Assembly: GCA_964439955.1 (NCBI GenBank)
Contig: CAYTPX010000001.1
Coordinates: forward strand, 41,334-105,333
Length of the DNA: 64,000 nt
Direction of reading: 5' to 3'
Source of the DNA: an uncultured Bacteroidaceae bacterium
GTDB taxonomy: Bacteria > Bacteroidota > Bacteroidia > Bacteroidales > Bacteroidaceae
This document shows positions 25,962 to 37,177 of this stretch, piece after piece. Within the stretch, counting starts at the first letter, position 1; the number at the start of each line of letters is the position of its first letter. Below the pieces are notes generated by a model. That model ran no database searches. It worked only from the letters and a program-made list of their open reading frames with translations, and was not told the origin of the DNA. A program made the translations under genes and the position numbers.

Positions 25962-26480
25962 ATGAAAAGAATCGGAATCCTTTCAGACACCCATGGCTTT
26001 TGGGACGACAAGTACGCCAAATACCTCGGCGGCTGCGACGAAATCTGGCACGCGGGCGACTTCGGCTCCACGGAGCTTGCCGACCGCCTCGCCTCCTTGG
26101 GAGCTTTGCTGCGCGGGGTCTACGGGAACTGCGACGGATACGACCTCCGCCTGCGCTTCCCCGAGGTACTCCGCTTCCGGTGCGAGGGCGTGGAAGTCCT
26201 AATGAAGCACATCGGAGGCTATCCGGGCCGCTACGACCCCTCCATCCGCAACCGCATCTACACGAACCCTCCGCAACTCTTCGTCAGCGGGCATTCGCAC
26301 ATTCTGAAAGTCATGAACGACCGCAACCTGCACCTGCTGCACATCAACCCCGGGGCCGCAGGCATGCAGGGAATCCACAAGGTGCGGACGCTCGTCAGGC
26401 TCACCGTGGACCAAAGCGACATGCGCGACCTGGAAGTCATCGAACTGGCCGAAAAGACCGACGGCTACCTCACTTGCTGA
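25962..26480 (+). CDS. metallophosphoesterase, YfcE/MJ0936 family
   Basis: ORF trimmed to MKRIGILSDTHG; motifs DTHG, HAGDFG, GNCD, GHSH. Confidence 0.85.
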   Translation: MKRIGILSDTHGFWDDKYAKYLGGCDEIWHAGDFGSTELADRLASLGALLRGVYGNCDGYDLRLRFPEVLRFRCEGVEVLMKHIGGYPGRYDPSIRNRIYTNPPQLFVSGHSHILKVMNDRNLHLLHINPGAAGMQGIHKVRTLVRLTVDQSDMRDLEVIELAEKTDGYLTC

Positions 26481-26489
26481 CCTGGGAGG

Positions 26490-26635
26490 CGTCCCCCGCC
26501 CGGAAAAGGCACAAGGCTTCCGGGGCAAGGCGCAGGCATTTCCCATAAGAAGCGCCTGCACTTCCCGCGGGAATCCCCGCAGCTTTCCCCTCCCGGGTAC
26601 GCCGCCCCGCCCGGCACGGGGCAAGGCGGGAAAAG
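26490..26635. repeat. palindromic intergenic repeat cluster
   Basis: cccggaaaaggcacaaggcttccggggcaaggcgcaggcatttccc ... agcgcctgcacttcccgcggg. Confidence 0.65.
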
Positions 26636-26765
26636 AAATATGTAAGCCGAAACGGCTGGGATGGCGACATTTTGCAAAAAACAGGGGCATAATTTGTCCA
26701 ATCAAAAGAACTTTCCGAAATTTGCGCCGTTATAACGGAAGACACCCTCATAATCGATACCTTTT

Positions 26766-28628
26766 ATGACAAACAACATGATGGTAAAAGAATTGGAGAA
26801 AGTCGTAGTACGCTTCTCCGGAGATTCCGGCGACGGCATGCAGTTGGCCGGGAACATCTTCTCGAATGTCTCAGCCACGGTAGGCAACGACATTTGCACT
26901 TTCCCCGACTATCCTGCCGACATCCGCGCCCCGCAAGGTTCCCTGACGGGCGTCTCCGGATTCCAGGTGCATATCGGCGCGGACAAGGTGCACACGCCCG
27001 GCGACCGCTGCGACGTGCTCGTGGCCATGAACCCCGCGGCGCTCAAAACCCAGTACAAGTTCTGCAAACCCGAGGCCGTTATCATCATCGACACCGACAA
27101 CTTCACACGAAAAGACCTCGACAAGGCACTCATCGCCTCCGACGACCCCTTCGAAGAACTGGGGATTAAGAACGAAGTCATCGCAGCCCCCATCTCTTCC
27201 ATGTGCAAGGAGAGCCTGAAGGACAGCGGCATGGACAACAAATCCATACTCCGCTGCAAGAACATGTTTGCCTTGGGCTTGGTATGCTGGCTCTTCAACC
27301 GGCAAATCCCCCTCGCCGAAAACATGCTCCGCGAGAAGTTTGCCAAGAAACCCGCCATCGCCGAAGCCAACATCAAAGTACTCAACGACGGCTACAACTA
27401 CGGGCACAACACACACGCCAACGGCGCCGTCACCTACAAGATAGAGAGCAAAAGCCCCAAAGCCGCAGGCCGCTACATGGACATCAACGGCAACAAGGCC
27501 ACTTGCTACGGCCTCATCGCCGCAGCCGAGAAGGCCGGGTTGGAACTCTACCTAGGGTCTTACCCCATCACGCCCGCCACGGATATCCTGCACGAGCTAA
27601 GCAAACACAAATCGCTGGGCGTGAAAACCGTGCAGTGCGAAGACGAAATCGCAGGATGCGCCTCGGCCGTGGGTGCTTCATTTGCTGGAGCCTTGGCAGT
27701 GACTTCCACTTCCGGCCCCGGAGTCTGCCTGAAAAGCGAAGCGATGAACTTGGCCGTCATCGCCGAGTTGCCCCTCGTGGTGGTGGACGTGCAAAGAGGC
27801 GGCCCCTCGACCGGCATGCCTACCAAGTCGGAACAGACCGACTTGCTCCAAGCCCTCTACGGGCGCAACGGGGAAAGCCCCATGCCGGTGATTGCCGCGA
27901 CCTCGCCTACCAACTGCTTTGACGCAGCGTACATGGCGGCCAGGATAGCCGTCGAGCACATGACCCCCGTAGTGCTCCTGACGGACGCTTTCGTGGCAAA
28001 CGGCGCGGCGGCATGGAAACTGCCCGACATCGAAAAGGACTATCCCGCAATCACCCCCCACTACGTCGCACCGGACATGGCCGGGACGTGGACTCCCTAC
28101 CAGCGCGACCCGGAAACCCTCGTCCGCTATTGGGCCGTGCCCGGCACTCCCGGCTTCAGCCACCGCATCGGCGGCTTGGAGAAGAGCAACGAAACGGGCA
28201 GCATCTCTACCGAACCGGAAAACCACAACCTCATGACGCAGCTTAGGGCTGCAAAAGTGGCAAAAATAGCAGACGAGTTGCCCCTGCAAGAAGTAGAGGG
28301 GGCGGCCGACGGGGCAGACCTCCTCATCGTAGGATGGGGCGGAACCTACGGCCACCTATACTCCGCCATGGAAGAGCTCAACGCCCAAGGATACAAAGTG
28401 GCGCTGACCCAGTTCCAATACATCAACCCGCTGCCCAAAAATACGGCCGAATTGCTCTGCCGGTACAAGAAAATCGTCGTAGCCGAACAGAACTGCGGGC
28501 AGTTTGCCGCCTACCTGCGCAGCAAAATCCCCGCCGCACCCATTATCGGGCAGTACAACGAAGTGAAGGGACAACCGTTCGTCACGCAAGAACTCGTTGC
28601 CGCATTCAAAAAATATCTGGAGGACTAA
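26766..28628 (+). CDS. korA: 2-oxoglutarate/2-oxoacid:ferredoxin oxidoreductase subunit alpha
   Basis: 620 aa; VVRFSGDSGDGMQLAG N-terminus, followed immediately by the TPP-binding beta subunit. Confidence 0.9.
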   Translation: MTNNMMVKELEKVVVRFSGDSGDGMQLAGNIFSNVSATVGNDICTFPDYPADIRAPQGSLTGVSGFQVHIGADKVHTPGDRCDVLVAMNPAALKTQYKFCKPEAVIIIDTDNFTRKDLDKALIASDDPFEELGIKNEVIAAPISSMCKESLKDSGMDNKSILRCKNMFALGLVCWLFNRQIPLAENMLREKFAKKPAIAEANIKVLNDGYNYGHNTHANGAVTYKIESKSPKAAGRYMDINGNKATCYGLIAAAEKAGLELYLGSYPITPATDILHELSKHKSLGVKTVQCEDEIAGCASAVGASFAGALAVTSTSGPGVCLKSEAMNLAVIAELPLVVVDVQRGGPSTGMPTKSEQTDLLQALYGRNGESPMPVIAATSPTNCFDAAYMAARIAVEHMTPVVLLTDAFVANGAAAWKLPDIEKDYPAITPHYVAPDMAGTWTPYQRDPETLVRYWAVPGTPGFSHRIGGLEKSNETGSISTEPENHNLMTQLRAAKVAKIADELPLQEVEGAADGADLLIVGWGGTYGHLYSAMEELNAQGYKVALTQFQYINPLPKNTAELLCRYKKIVVAEQNCGQFAAYLRSKIPAAPIIGQYNEVKGQPFVTQELVAAFKKYLED

Positions 28629-28633
28629 TAAAA

Positions 28634-29635
28634 ATGGAATACACAGCAAACGACTATAAAGCCGGGCAACCCCGTTGGTGCCCGGGGTGCGGCGACCATG
28701 CGTTCTTGGCCTCGCTGCACAAGGCCATGGCCGCAATCGGGACGAACCCCGACGACATCGCCGTAATCTCGGGAATCGGCTGCTCCTCGCGCCTGCCTTA
28801 CTACATGAACACCTATGGCTTCCACACGATACACGGACGCGCCGCAGCCATAGCCACGGGGGTAAAAGTGGCCAACCCGAGGCTTACCGTATGGCAGATA
28901 TCGGGCGACGGCGACGGCCTTGCCATCGGCGGAAACCACTTCATCCACGCCTTGAGGCGGAATATAGACTTGAAGATGATCCTGCTGAACAACCGCATCT
29001 ACGGGCTTACCAAAGGGCAATATTCGCCCACCTCGCCCCGCGGGTTCGTGAGCAAGTCTTCGCCTTACGGCACGGTGGAAGACCCATTCCACCCGGCAGA
29101 GTTGGCATTTGGGGCGCGCGGGCAGTTTTTTGCGCGGTGCGTTGCCACAGACGCACCCGGCTCCGTGGAAGTCCTCACTGCGGCAGCGCGCCATAAGGGC
29201 GCATCCGTGGTCGAAGTGTTGCAGAACTGCGTCATATTCAACAACGGCACGTACGACAGCATCTACACCAAAGAAGGAAGAGCCAAGAACGCCATCTATC
29301 TGGAACATGGGAAACCGATGATTTTCGGCGAGAACCGGGAATTCGGCCTTATGCAAGAGGGCTTCGGCCTGAAGGTGGTGAAAATCGGCGAAGGCGGGAT
29401 CAGCGAAAAGGACATCCTCGTCCACGACGCGCACTGCCCCGACAATACGCTCCACCTGAAGCTTGCCCTCATGGAAGGCCCCGATTTCCCCACGGCGTTG
29501 GGCGTAATCCGTGACGTGGAGGCTCCTTCGTATGAAGCCGCCGTAGAAGCCCAGATAGAAGAGGTGCGGGCGAAGAAACCGTACCATGACTTTGCCGGGC
29601 TGCTGGACACGAACGACACGTGGGAGGTGAAGTAA
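28634..29635 (+). CDS. korB: 2-oxoglutarate/2-oxoacid:ferredoxin oxidoreductase subunit beta
   Basis: ORF 28334..29635 trimmed to ATG 28634 (MEYTANDYKAGQPRWCPGCGDHAF); GDGDGLAIGGNH TPP motif. Confidence 0.9.
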   Translation: MEYTANDYKAGQPRWCPGCGDHAFLASLHKAMAAIGTNPDDIAVISGIGCSSRLPYYMNTYGFHTIHGRAAAIATGVKVANPRLTVWQISGDGDGLAIGGNHFIHALRRNIDLKMILLNNRIYGLTKGQYSPTSPRGFVSKSSPYGTVEDPFHPAELAFGARGQFFARCVATDAPGSVEVLTAAARHKGASVVEVLQNCVIFNNGTYDSIYTKEGRAKNAIYLEHGKPMIFGENREFGLMQEGFGLKVVKIGEGGISEKDILVHDAHCPDNTLHLKLALMEGPDFPTALGVIRDVEAPSYEAAVEAQIEEVRAKKPYHDFAGLLDTNDTWEVK

Positions 29636-29639
29636 ACCT

Positions 29640-29880
29640 TTCCCGCCGCCCCGCGCAGGCAGACAAGACAAGCAAGGCTTCCGCCCGCTGGGCGGAAGCC
29701 TTGCCGTTTATACCTACGGCAGAAGCAGCATGGAGCGCCGCCGGTTTCCCGGAATTGTGCCCGCACTTTTCCCGGAAAGGGACAACCCTTTCCCGCAAGA
29801 CGCCCGCCGGAGGGACGGGAAGATGCCGACCGGCCACGCCCCGCGGCGGGGCTTCCGCAAGGCCGACGGCCGGGGGAAGG
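29640..29880. repeat. palindromic intergenic repeat cluster (long)
   Basis: gcaaggcttccgcccgctgggcggaagccttgcc ... ccggtttcccggaattgtgcccgcacttttcccggaaaggg. Confidence 0.7.
29672..29710 (+). terminator. hairpin terminator after korB
   Basis: gcaaggcttccgccc 29672-29686 / gggcggaagccttgc 29690-29704, 15-bp perfect stem, 3-nt loop, followed by cgttta. Confidence 0.55.
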
Positions 29881-29926
29881 GGAGGAAAGTTAGGAGTTTT
29901 TTGTTTGCGGCTTCGCGAGATATGCG

Positions 29927-29934
29927 TATTTTTG
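29927..29934 (+). promoter_or_regulatory. -7 box TATTTTTG with a TTTG -33 element at 29904-29907
   Basis: Exact TAnnTTTG 12 nt upstream of ATG 29946; TTTG 19 nt upstream of the box. Confidence 0.5.
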
Positions 29935-29945
29935 CAGAAAAAAGA

Positions 29946-31178
29946 ATGGTCTTAAACTACATTTGGGTCGGTTTCTTCCTCGCCGCTTTCGCAGTGGCCC
30001 TCGCCCGCCTCTGCATCATGGGGGACACGGAAATATTCACCGACATCATGAACTCCACTTTCGCCGCATCCAAGAATGCGTTTGAGATAAGCATCGGCCT
30101 GACGGGGGTGCTCTCCTTGTGGATGGGGCTCATGAAAATCGGCGAGGCGGGCGGGCTGATCCAAGTGTTCTCGCGGCTGCTCGACCCGGTTTTCCGGCGG
30201 CTTTTCCCTGACATCCCCAAGGGGCATCCAGCTTCGGGCGCCATCTTCATGAACATCACGGCCAACATGCTCGGCCTCGACAATGCGGCCACCCCGCTGG
30301 GACTGAAGGCCATGCAAGAGTTGCAAAGCATCAATCCGCGGAAAGACACGGCGAGCAACCCGATGATCATGTTCCTCGTGCTCAACTCCTCGGGGCTGGT
30401 ACTCATACCCGTGGGCATCCTCGTCTACCGGGCGCAGCAAGGCGCGGCGCAACCTACCGACGTGTTCATCCCCATACTCATCGCCACGTTCATTTCCACC
30501 CTCGTAGGCATCATCGCCGTCAGCGCCTACCAGCGCATCAACCTGTTGAACCGCACGATCGTCTGCTTCCTTGGCGGGACAGCCTTGTTCATCGCCGCGA
30601 TTATGGCCGCCTTTTCCCAATTGGACAAAGACCAAATGAACACATACAGCACGCTTGCGGCCAACTGCCTGCTGTTCTTCATCATCATAGGCTTCATCGC
30701 ATGGGGGATGTGCAAGCGGGTCAATGTCTACGAGCAGTTCGTCGAAGGAGCGAAGGAGGGCTTTTCCACAGCCGTGCGCATCATTCCCTACTTAGTGGCC
30801 ATCCTCGTGGCCGTAGGCGTGTTCCGCGCATCGGGAGCCATGGGCTTTTTGGTCGAAGGCATACGCTGGATGCTCGACAGCTGCGGCATCGACAGCCAGT
30901 TCGTGGGCGCCCTCCCCACCGCGCTGATGAAGCCCCTGAGCGGAAGCGGCTCGCGCGGAATGATGGTAGACGCGATGGCTACCTATGGCGCCGACTCGTT
31001 TGTCGGAAGGCTGGCCTGCATGGTACAAGGCTCTACCGACACGACGTTCTACATACTGGCCGTCTATTTCGGGAGCGTAGGCATCCGCAAGACGCGGCAC
31101 GCCGTGGCATGCGGATTGCTGGCCGACTTCTCCGGGACGATAGCCGCCATTTTCCTCTGCTATTTCTTCTTCGGATAA
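29946..31178 (+). CDS. nucleoside recognition (Gate) domain membrane protein, SpmA/SpmB fusion type
   Basis: ORF 29730..31178 trimmed to MVLNYIWVGFFLAAF; ...ISIGLTGVLSLWMGLMKIGE..., NITANMLGLDNAATPLGLKAM. Confidence 0.8.
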   Translation: MVLNYIWVGFFLAAFAVALARLCIMGDTEIFTDIMNSTFAASKNAFEISIGLTGVLSLWMGLMKIGEAGGLIQVFSRLLDPVFRRLFPDIPKGHPASGAIFMNITANMLGLDNAATPLGLKAMQELQSINPRKDTASNPMIMFLVLNSSGLVLIPVGILVYRAQQGAAQPTDVFIPILIATFISTLVGIIAVSAYQRINLLNRTIVCFLGGTALFIAAIMAAFSQLDKDQMNTYSTLAANCLLFFIIIGFIAWGMCKRVNVYEQFVEGAKEGFSTAVRIIPYLVAILVAVGVFRASGAMGFLVEGIRWMLDSCGIDSQFVGALPTALMKPLSGSGSRGMMVDAMATYGADSFVGRLACMVQGSTDTTFYILAVYFGSVGIRKTRHAVACGLLADFSGTIAAIFLCYFFFG

Positions 31179-31263
31179 ACAAGAAGAATGCGACTTCACC
31201 GCCCGGCAGGCAACTAACCGCACGGATTCCCCGTACTGCAACATAAATAAAAGGACGCACTAA

Positions 31264-31695
31264 ATGATCACATACCAGACAGACGGCACACGGATGCCCA
31301 AACTAAAGAAACGCGAGACGAACGCATGGATACGGAAAGTGGCCGACCGCTACGGAAAAGAGATAGGCGAAATAGCCTACATCTTCTGCAGCGACGAGCG
31401 GATCTTAGGGATAAACCGCCAATACCTGCAGCACGATTATTATACGGACATCATCACTTTCGATTACAGCGAAGGCAACCGGCTTTCGGGCGACCTCTTC
31501 ATCAGCTTAGACACCGTGCGCTCCAACGCCGGGCTCTACGGGACTCCTTACGAGACGGAACTGCACCGCGTACTCATCCATGGCATCCTGCACCTTTGCG
31601 GCATCGATGACAAGAAACCCGGCGCGCGCGCCATCATGGAAGCCGCCGAAAACGAAGCGTTGGCCCTACTCACTCACGAACCACCCAAGCAATAA
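31264..31695 (+). CDS. ybeY: rRNA maturation RNase YbeY
   Basis: 143 aa; zinc motif HGILHLCGIDD. Confidence 0.92.
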   Translation: MITYQTDGTRMPKLKKRETNAWIRKVADRYGKEIGEIAYIFCSDERILGINRQYLQHDYYTDIITFDYSEGNRLSGDLFISLDTVRSNAGLYGTPYETELHRVLIHGILHLCGIDDKKPGARAIMEAAENEALALLTHEPPKQ

Positions 31696-31710
31696 AACGG
31701 CAAGAGAAGT

Positions 31711-34344
31711 ATGGCAAAAGACATCGTCCTGACCCCCATGATGAAACAATACTTTGAGCTGAAGGAGAAACATCCCGACGCGCTCATGCTGTTTCGCTGT
31801 GGAGATTTCTACGAAACCTATTCCGACGATGCCGTCGTGGCTGCCGAAATACTCGGCATCACCCTCACGCGAAGGGGAAACGGGAAAGGGAAAACCATCG
31901 AAATGGCAGGATTCCCCCACCATGCCCTCGACACTTACCTGCCCAAGCTCATACGTGCCGGACGTAGAGTGGCTATCTGCGACCAGTTGGAAGACCCGAA
32001 ACTCACCAAAAAACTCGTCAAACGCGGGATAACCGAGCTCGTCACCCCGGGAGTTGCCATGAACGACACCGTGCTGAGCTACAAAGAAAACAATTTCCTC
32101 TGCGCCGTCAGTTTCGGGAACAGCAAGCCCCAAGGGTTATGCGGCATTGCACTGCTCGACATCTCCACCGGGGAATTCCTCCTCTCGGAGGGAAAGGAAG
32201 AGTACATAGAGAAGCTGCTTGGCAATTTCAGCCCCAAAGAAATCCTGCTCATGCGCGGCACACTGCCACGCTTCAAAGCCACTTTCGGCCACGGGAAGCA
32301 GCCTTTTACCTATGAACTGGAAGATTGGGCCTTCAACGAAAGCTCGGCCCGAGAACGATTGCTGAAGCACTTCGAGACAAAAAACCTGAAGGGGTTCGGT
32401 GTGGAATGCCTCCGCTTAGGGCAAACCGCCGCCGGAGCTATCCTGCACTACCTCGACATTACGCAACACACGCAGACCAAACACATATTGGCCTTGCGCC
32501 GCATCGAAGAAGAACGCTTCGTCCGGCTCGACCGCTTCACCACCCGTAGCCTGGAGCTCACGGAAAGCATGAGCGGCGAGGGGAAAAGCCTGCTGGACAT
32601 CATCGACCACACGGACAGCCCCATGGGAGCCCGGCTCTTGCGCCGCTGGATACTCTTCCCGCTGAAGGAGAAAAGGGAAATCGACGCCCGCCTCGACGGG
32701 GTAGAACACTTCTTCCGTCATCCGCAGGAGCATGAGGTCCTCAGGCAACACCTGCAGCAAGTGGGCGACATGGAACGCATCCTGTCGAAAACCGCCACCG
32801 GGCGCGTCTCCCCGCGCGAGCTGAACCAGCTGAAGACGGCGCTCCAATGCGTACAAGCCATCAAAGCCATCTGCACGGAAGCCGGCAACGAGACCCTGCA
32901 CACGCTGGGGGAAAAACTGGACGACTGCGCCACCCTGCGCGAGTCCATCGCCCGCACCCTGCGCGAAGACCCGCCCGCCGTAAGCGGACGGCCCAATACC
33001 ATACGCGACGGGGTCAACGCCGAACTCGACGAACTGAGGCACATTGCCTACGAAGGCAAGGACTACCTGCTCCGGATACAGCAGCGCGAGAGCGAAACGA
33101 CCGGCATACCTTCGCTGAAGGTAGCCTACAACAACGTGTTCGGCTACTACATCGAGGTGCGCAACACGCATAAAGACAAAGTGCCCGCCGAATGGATACG
33201 CCGCCAGACGCTGGTCAATGCCGAACGGTACATCACCCCGGAACTAAAAGAATACGAAGAAAAAATACTGGGCGCAGAGGAAAAGATACTATCCATCGAG
33301 ACCCAAATCTACAACCAACTCGTCGCCGAGGTGGCCGGAGGCATCCCGCAGATGCAAACCGACGCCCTCGCACTGGCCCGCCTCGACTGCCTCTGCTCTT
33401 TCGCCACCACCGCCAAGGAACGGCACTACGTGCGCCCCGTCGTCGCCGACGACAACCTGCTCACCATACGCCAAGGAAGGCATCCCGTCATCGAAGCCCA
33501 AATGCCCGCCGGCGAGCGTTACGTGGCCAACGACGTGGAACTTAGCGGGAACAAACAGCAGATCCTCATCATAACCGGCCCCAATATGGCCGGGAAGTCC
33601 GCCCTCCTCCGCCAAACGGCACTCATCACCCTGCTGGCCCAAGCGGGCAGTTTCGTGCCCGCCGAGAGCGCGCACATAGGAACCGTGGACAAGATATTCA
33701 CCCGCGTAGGCGCCAGCGACAATATCTCTGCCGGAGAATCCACCTTCATGGTAGAAATGAGCGAAGCGGCTAATATCCTAAACAACGTCACGCCGCGCAG
33801 CCTCGTACTATTCGACGAGCTCGGGCGCGGTACCTCCACCTACGACGGCATTTCCATTGCATGGGCCATCGTAGAGTACCTCCACGAAAAAGAACAGGCA
33901 CAGGCCCGTACCCTTTTCGCCACGCACTACCACGAACTGAACGAGATGGAAAAAAGCTTCCCCCGCATCCGCAACTACAACGTCTCGGTGCGGGAGGTGG
34001 ACAACAAGGTCGTTTTCCTGCGCAAGCTCATCCCCGGCGGCAGCGAGCACTCGTTCGGCATCCACGTGGCCAAGCTCGCCGGCATGCCGCGCAGCATCGT
34101 ACAGCGCGCGGAACGCATCCTCAAGCAACTGGAAAGCGGCTCCGGAGGGAAGGACGCGGGGAAAAACATAAAAAACGTGGCCGAAAACGCCGGAAGGGGC
34201 ATGCAGCTCAGTTTCTTCCAGCTGGACGACCCGGTGCTCTCCCAAGTGCGCGACGAGATACTCACCTTGGACGTAGACAACCTAACCCCCATCGAGGCGC
34301 TCAACAAGTTGAACGAAATAAAAAAAATAGTACGGGGAAAATGA
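31711..34344 (+). CDS. mutS: DNA mismatch repair protein MutS
   Basis: 877 aa; N-terminal [28 protein letters not shown], Walker A GPNMAGKS. Confidence 0.95.
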   Translation: MAKDIVLTPMMKQYFELKEKHPDALMLFRCGDFYETYSDDAVVAAEILGITLTRRGNGKGKTIEMAGFPHHALDTYLPKLIRAGRRVAICDQLEDPKLTKKLVKRGITELVTPGVAMNDTVLSYKENNFLCAVSFGNSKPQGLCGIALLDISTGEFLLSEGKEEYIEKLLGNFSPKEILLMRGTLPRFKATFGHGKQPFTYELEDWAFNESSARERLLKHFETKNLKGFGVECLRLGQTAAGAILHYLDITQHTQTKHILALRRIEEERFVRLDRFTTRSLELTESMSGEGKSLLDIIDHTDSPMGARLLRRWILFPLKEKREIDARLDGVEHFFRHPQEHEVLRQHLQQVGDMERILSKTATGRVSPRELNQLKTALQCVQAIKAICTEAGNETLHTLGEKLDDCATLRESIARTLREDPPAVSGRPNTIRDGVNAELDELRHIAYEGKDYLLRIQQRESETTGIPSLKVAYNNVFGYYIEVRNTHKDKVPAEWIRRQTLVNAERYITPELKEYEEKILGAEEKILSIETQIYNQLVAEVAGGIPQMQTDALALARLDCLCSFATTAKERHYVRPVVADDNLLTIRQGRHPVIEAQMPAGERYVANDVELSGNKQQILIITGPNMAGKSALLRQTALITLLAQAGSFVPAESAHIGTVDKIFTRVGASDNISAGESTFMVEMSEAANILNNVTPRSLVLFDELGRGTSTYDGISIAWAIVEYLHEKEQAQARTLFATHYHELNEMEKSFPRIRNYNVSVREVDNKVVFLRKLIPGGSEHSFGIHVAKLAGMPRSIVQRAERILKQLESGSGGKDAGKNIKNVAENAGRGMQLSFFQLDDPVLSQVRDEILTLDVDNLTPIEALNKLNEIKKIVRGK

Positions 34345-34346
34345 AA

Positions 34347-34405
34347 AAGCACCCGCCGCTTTTCCCCGGAAGTGCCTGCACTTTCCCTTAAAAGCGGCAC
34401 AGGTT
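34347..34405. repeat. palindromic intergenic repeat
   Basis: ccgccgcttttccccggaagtgcctgcactttcccttaaaagcggcac. Confidence 0.65.
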
Positions 34406-34418
34406 CCAGACGAAAGAC

Positions 34419-35459
34419 ATGACAGAAGATTTCGACATACGCGAACAAGCCTACACCAAGCGCGAGCGTGACTACGAAAACGTATTGCGCCCCTTGGATT
34501 TCGACGACTTCAAAGGGCAAGACAAGGTAGTAAAGAACCTGCGCATCTTCGTGCAAGCAGCCAAACTGCGCGGCGAAGCGCTCGACCACACCCTCCTCCA
34601 CGGGCCTCCGGGACTGGGCAAGACGACACTCTCGCAAATCATCGCCAACGAACTCGGCGTGGGATTCAAGATAAGCTCCGGCCCCGTGCTCGACAAGCCC
34701 GGCGACCTGGCCGGCGTGCTTACCTCACTGGAACCAAACGACGTGCTTTTCATCGACGAGATACACCGCCTTTCGCCCGTGGTGGAAGAGTATTTGTATT
34801 CGGCCATGGAGGATTACCGGATAGACATCATGATTGACAAGGGACCCTCGGCGCGCTCCATACAAATCGACCTCAACCCGTTCACTTTGGTAGGCGCTAC
34901 CACGCGCAGCGGCATGCTTACCGCCCCGCTCCGCGCACGCTTCGGCATCAACCTGCACCTGGAATACTACAACGACGACATGCTCCAGTCCATCATCCTC
35001 CGCTCCGCCTCCATCCTGCGCGTGCCTTGCTCGGGCGAGGCTGCCGCCGAAATCGCCTCGCGCAGCCGCGGGACGCCGCGCATAGCCAACGCCTTGCTCC
35101 GTAGGGTGCGCGATTTCGCGCAAGTTGAAGGACAAGGCGAGATCAACACCGCCATTGCCCGGTACGCCCTCGAAGCGCTCAACATAGACCGCCATGGGCT
35201 GGACGAAATCGACCATAAGATTTTGCTCACCCTCATCGACAAATTCGGCGGAGGCCCCGTGGGATTATCCACCATCGCCACCGCCATCGGCGAAGACCCC
35301 GGCAGCCTGGAAGAAGTCTACGAACCCTTCCTCATAAAAGAAGGATTCCTCAAGCGCACCCCCCGGGGGCGCGAAGCCACCGGACTGGCCTTCCGCCACC
35401 TCGGGCGCACGCCGCGTGCCCGGCAGGCTGACTTCTTCGGGCAAGACCCCGAGGAATAA
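34419..35459 (+). CDS. ruvB: Holliday junction branch migration helicase RuvB
   Basis: 346 aa; [12 protein letters not shown] Walker A, FIDEIHRL. Confidence 0.95.
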   Translation: MTEDFDIREQAYTKRERDYENVLRPLDFDDFKGQDKVVKNLRIFVQAAKLRGEALDHTLLHGPPGLGKTTLSQIIANELGVGFKISSGPVLDKPGDLAGVLTSLEPNDVLFIDEIHRLSPVVEEYLYSAMEDYRIDIMIDKGPSARSIQIDLNPFTLVGATTRSGMLTAPLRARFGINLHLEYYNDDMLQSIILRSASILRVPCSGEAAAEIASRSRGTPRIANALLRRVRDFAQVEGQGEINTAIARYALEALNIDRHGLDEIDHKILLTLIDKFGGGPVGLSTIATAIGEDPGSLEEVYEPFLIKEGFLKRTPRGREATGLAFRHLGRTPRARQADFFGQDPEE

Positions 35460-35500
35460 CCACGAAAAAACAACCACAAAACAAAGAAAAGTCCCTACCT

Positions 35501-36979
35501 ATGGCCGGACTGAAATCATTGGCAAAAGAAACGTTCATCTATGGGGCGAGCAGCATCATAGGCCGCTTCCTCAACTACCTGCTCGTCCCGCTCTACACCC
35601 TCAAGCTCCAAGCCGACACCGGCGGCTACGGTATCATCACGAACCTATACGCTTTTACAGCCTTGCTACTCGTAATCCTCACCTACGGCATGGAGACCGG
35701 CTATTTCCGCTTCGCCAACCGCAAGGAGGAACAAGCCGGCACGGTGTATGCCACGACGCTTTGCTCCGTAGGCTTTACCAGTTTGCTGTTCGTGGCGCTT
35801 GTCGCGTTGTTCTTGCCCACGGTTTGCCACCTCCTACGCTACGACGCCCACCCGGAGTTCATCATGATGATGGCTGTCGTGGTGGCGATGGATGCCTTCC
35901 AGAGCATACCTTTCGCCCGGCTACGCCTGCAAAAGCGCGCATACCTCTTCGTGGGCATCAAGTTCCTCTTCATCTTTCCCAACATACTGCTCAACCTTTT
36001 CTTCTACGTGGGCTGCCCGTGGCTCATGGAGCACGTGCCATCAGCCGTAAGCTGGTTCTACAATCCCAACTATGGCGCCGGTTACGCCTTCGTGGCCAAT
36101 CTGGTTTGCACGTCACTACAGATGGTGGCCCTGCTTCCCCAGCTACGCGGCTTCCGCTGGCGCTTCGACGGGAAACTGTTGCGCCGCATGCTGCGCTACT
36201 CCCTGCCGCTGCTCGTGTTGGGAATCGCCGGCATCCTGAACCAAACGGTCGACAAAATCCTCTATCCCTTCCTGGTGGACGACGCACAAGAGGCCAAGGT
36301 ACAACTCGGGATTTACGGCGCGGCCAGCAAAATCGCCATGCTCCTGGCCATGATGACGCAGGCCTTCCGCTACGCCTACGAGCCCTTCGTCTTCGGAAGC
36401 CAGCGGGAAGAGGGCGACAAGCGCCCCATGTATGCCCGGGCCATGAAGTTCTTCGTCATCTTCGGGCTTCTGGCTTTCCTCGGGGTCATGTTCTACCTCG
36501 ACCTGCTCAAGTACCTCATCGGGCGGGACTACTGGGAGGGTCTCCGCGTCGTGCCCGTCGTCATGGCCGCAGAGTTGCTCATGGGTGTGTATTTCAACCT
36601 CTCCTTCTGGTACAAACTGAGCGACCAGACGCGCTGGGGCGCCTATTTTTCAATCATAGGATGCGCCGTCGTCATCCTGCTCAACGTGTCTTTCGTCCCC
36701 ACCTACGGCTACGTGGCCTGCGCCTGGGCGGGCTTTGCCGGATACGGCATTGCCGCCCTGCTTTCCTACCTCGTGGGGCAACGCCGCTACCCTATCGCCT
36801 ATGACGTGCGGGGCATCATGCGCTACGTCTTCCTGGCGGCGGCACTCTACATCGCCGCCGAGTATTTGCCCATCGACCAGCTCTGGCTCAGCCTCTCCTA
36901 CAAGACCTTCCTGCTCGCCCTCTACGTCCTCTACGCCTACCAGCGGGAGTTTGCACACCGCCCGGTAAAGGCTTCCTAA
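35501..36979 (+). CDS. polysaccharide biosynthesis protein / oligosaccharide flippase (MOP superfamily)
   Basis: 492 aa, many predicted TM helices, N-terminus ...LAKETFIYGASSIIGRFLNYLLVPLYT typical of Wzx-like flippases. Confidence 0.75.
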   Translation: MAGLKSLAKETFIYGASSIIGRFLNYLLVPLYTLKLQADTGGYGIITNLYAFTALLLVILTYGMETGYFRFANRKEEQAGTVYATTLCSVGFTSLLFVALVALFLPTVCHLLRYDAHPEFIMMMAVVVAMDAFQSIPFARLRLQKRAYLFVGIKFLFIFPNILLNLFFYVGCPWLMEHVPSAVSWFYNPNYGAGYAFVANLVCTSLQMVALLPQLRGFRWRFDGKLLRRMLRYSLPLLVLGIAGILNQTVDKILYPFLVDDAQEAKVQLGIYGAASKIAMLLAMMTQAFRYAYEPFVFGSQREEGDKRPMYARAMKFFVIFGLLAFLGVMFYLDLLKYLIGRDYWEGLRVVPVVMAAELLMGVYFNLSFWYKLSDQTRWGAYFSIIGCAVVILLNVSFVPTYGYVACAWAGFAGYGIAALLSYLVGQRRYPIAYDVRGIMRYVFLAAALYIAAEYLPIDQLWLSLSYKTFLLALYVLYAYQREFAHRPVKAS

Positions 36980-37090
36980 GCGGGAAGCCCGCGGCAAACG
37001 GGGGAAAGGCACGGCGCTTTCCCGGGAAAAGGGAAGGGCTTCCTGGAAAAAGAGGCAAGGCAAAAGCTCGCCGGCGGAAGGGCAAAAAAG
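36968..37090. repeat. palindromic intergenic repeat cluster
   Basis: ggggaaaggcacggcgctttcccgggaaaagggaagggcttcctggaaaaagaggcaaggc. Confidence 0.65.
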
Positions 37091-37177
37091 AACCGGCGCG
37101 GCTCCGGAATTGAACGGGTCGCGCCGGTTTTGCTCCGTGCTGGCTCGCCCTCGCGGCATGCGGGGCGGCAAACGGGT

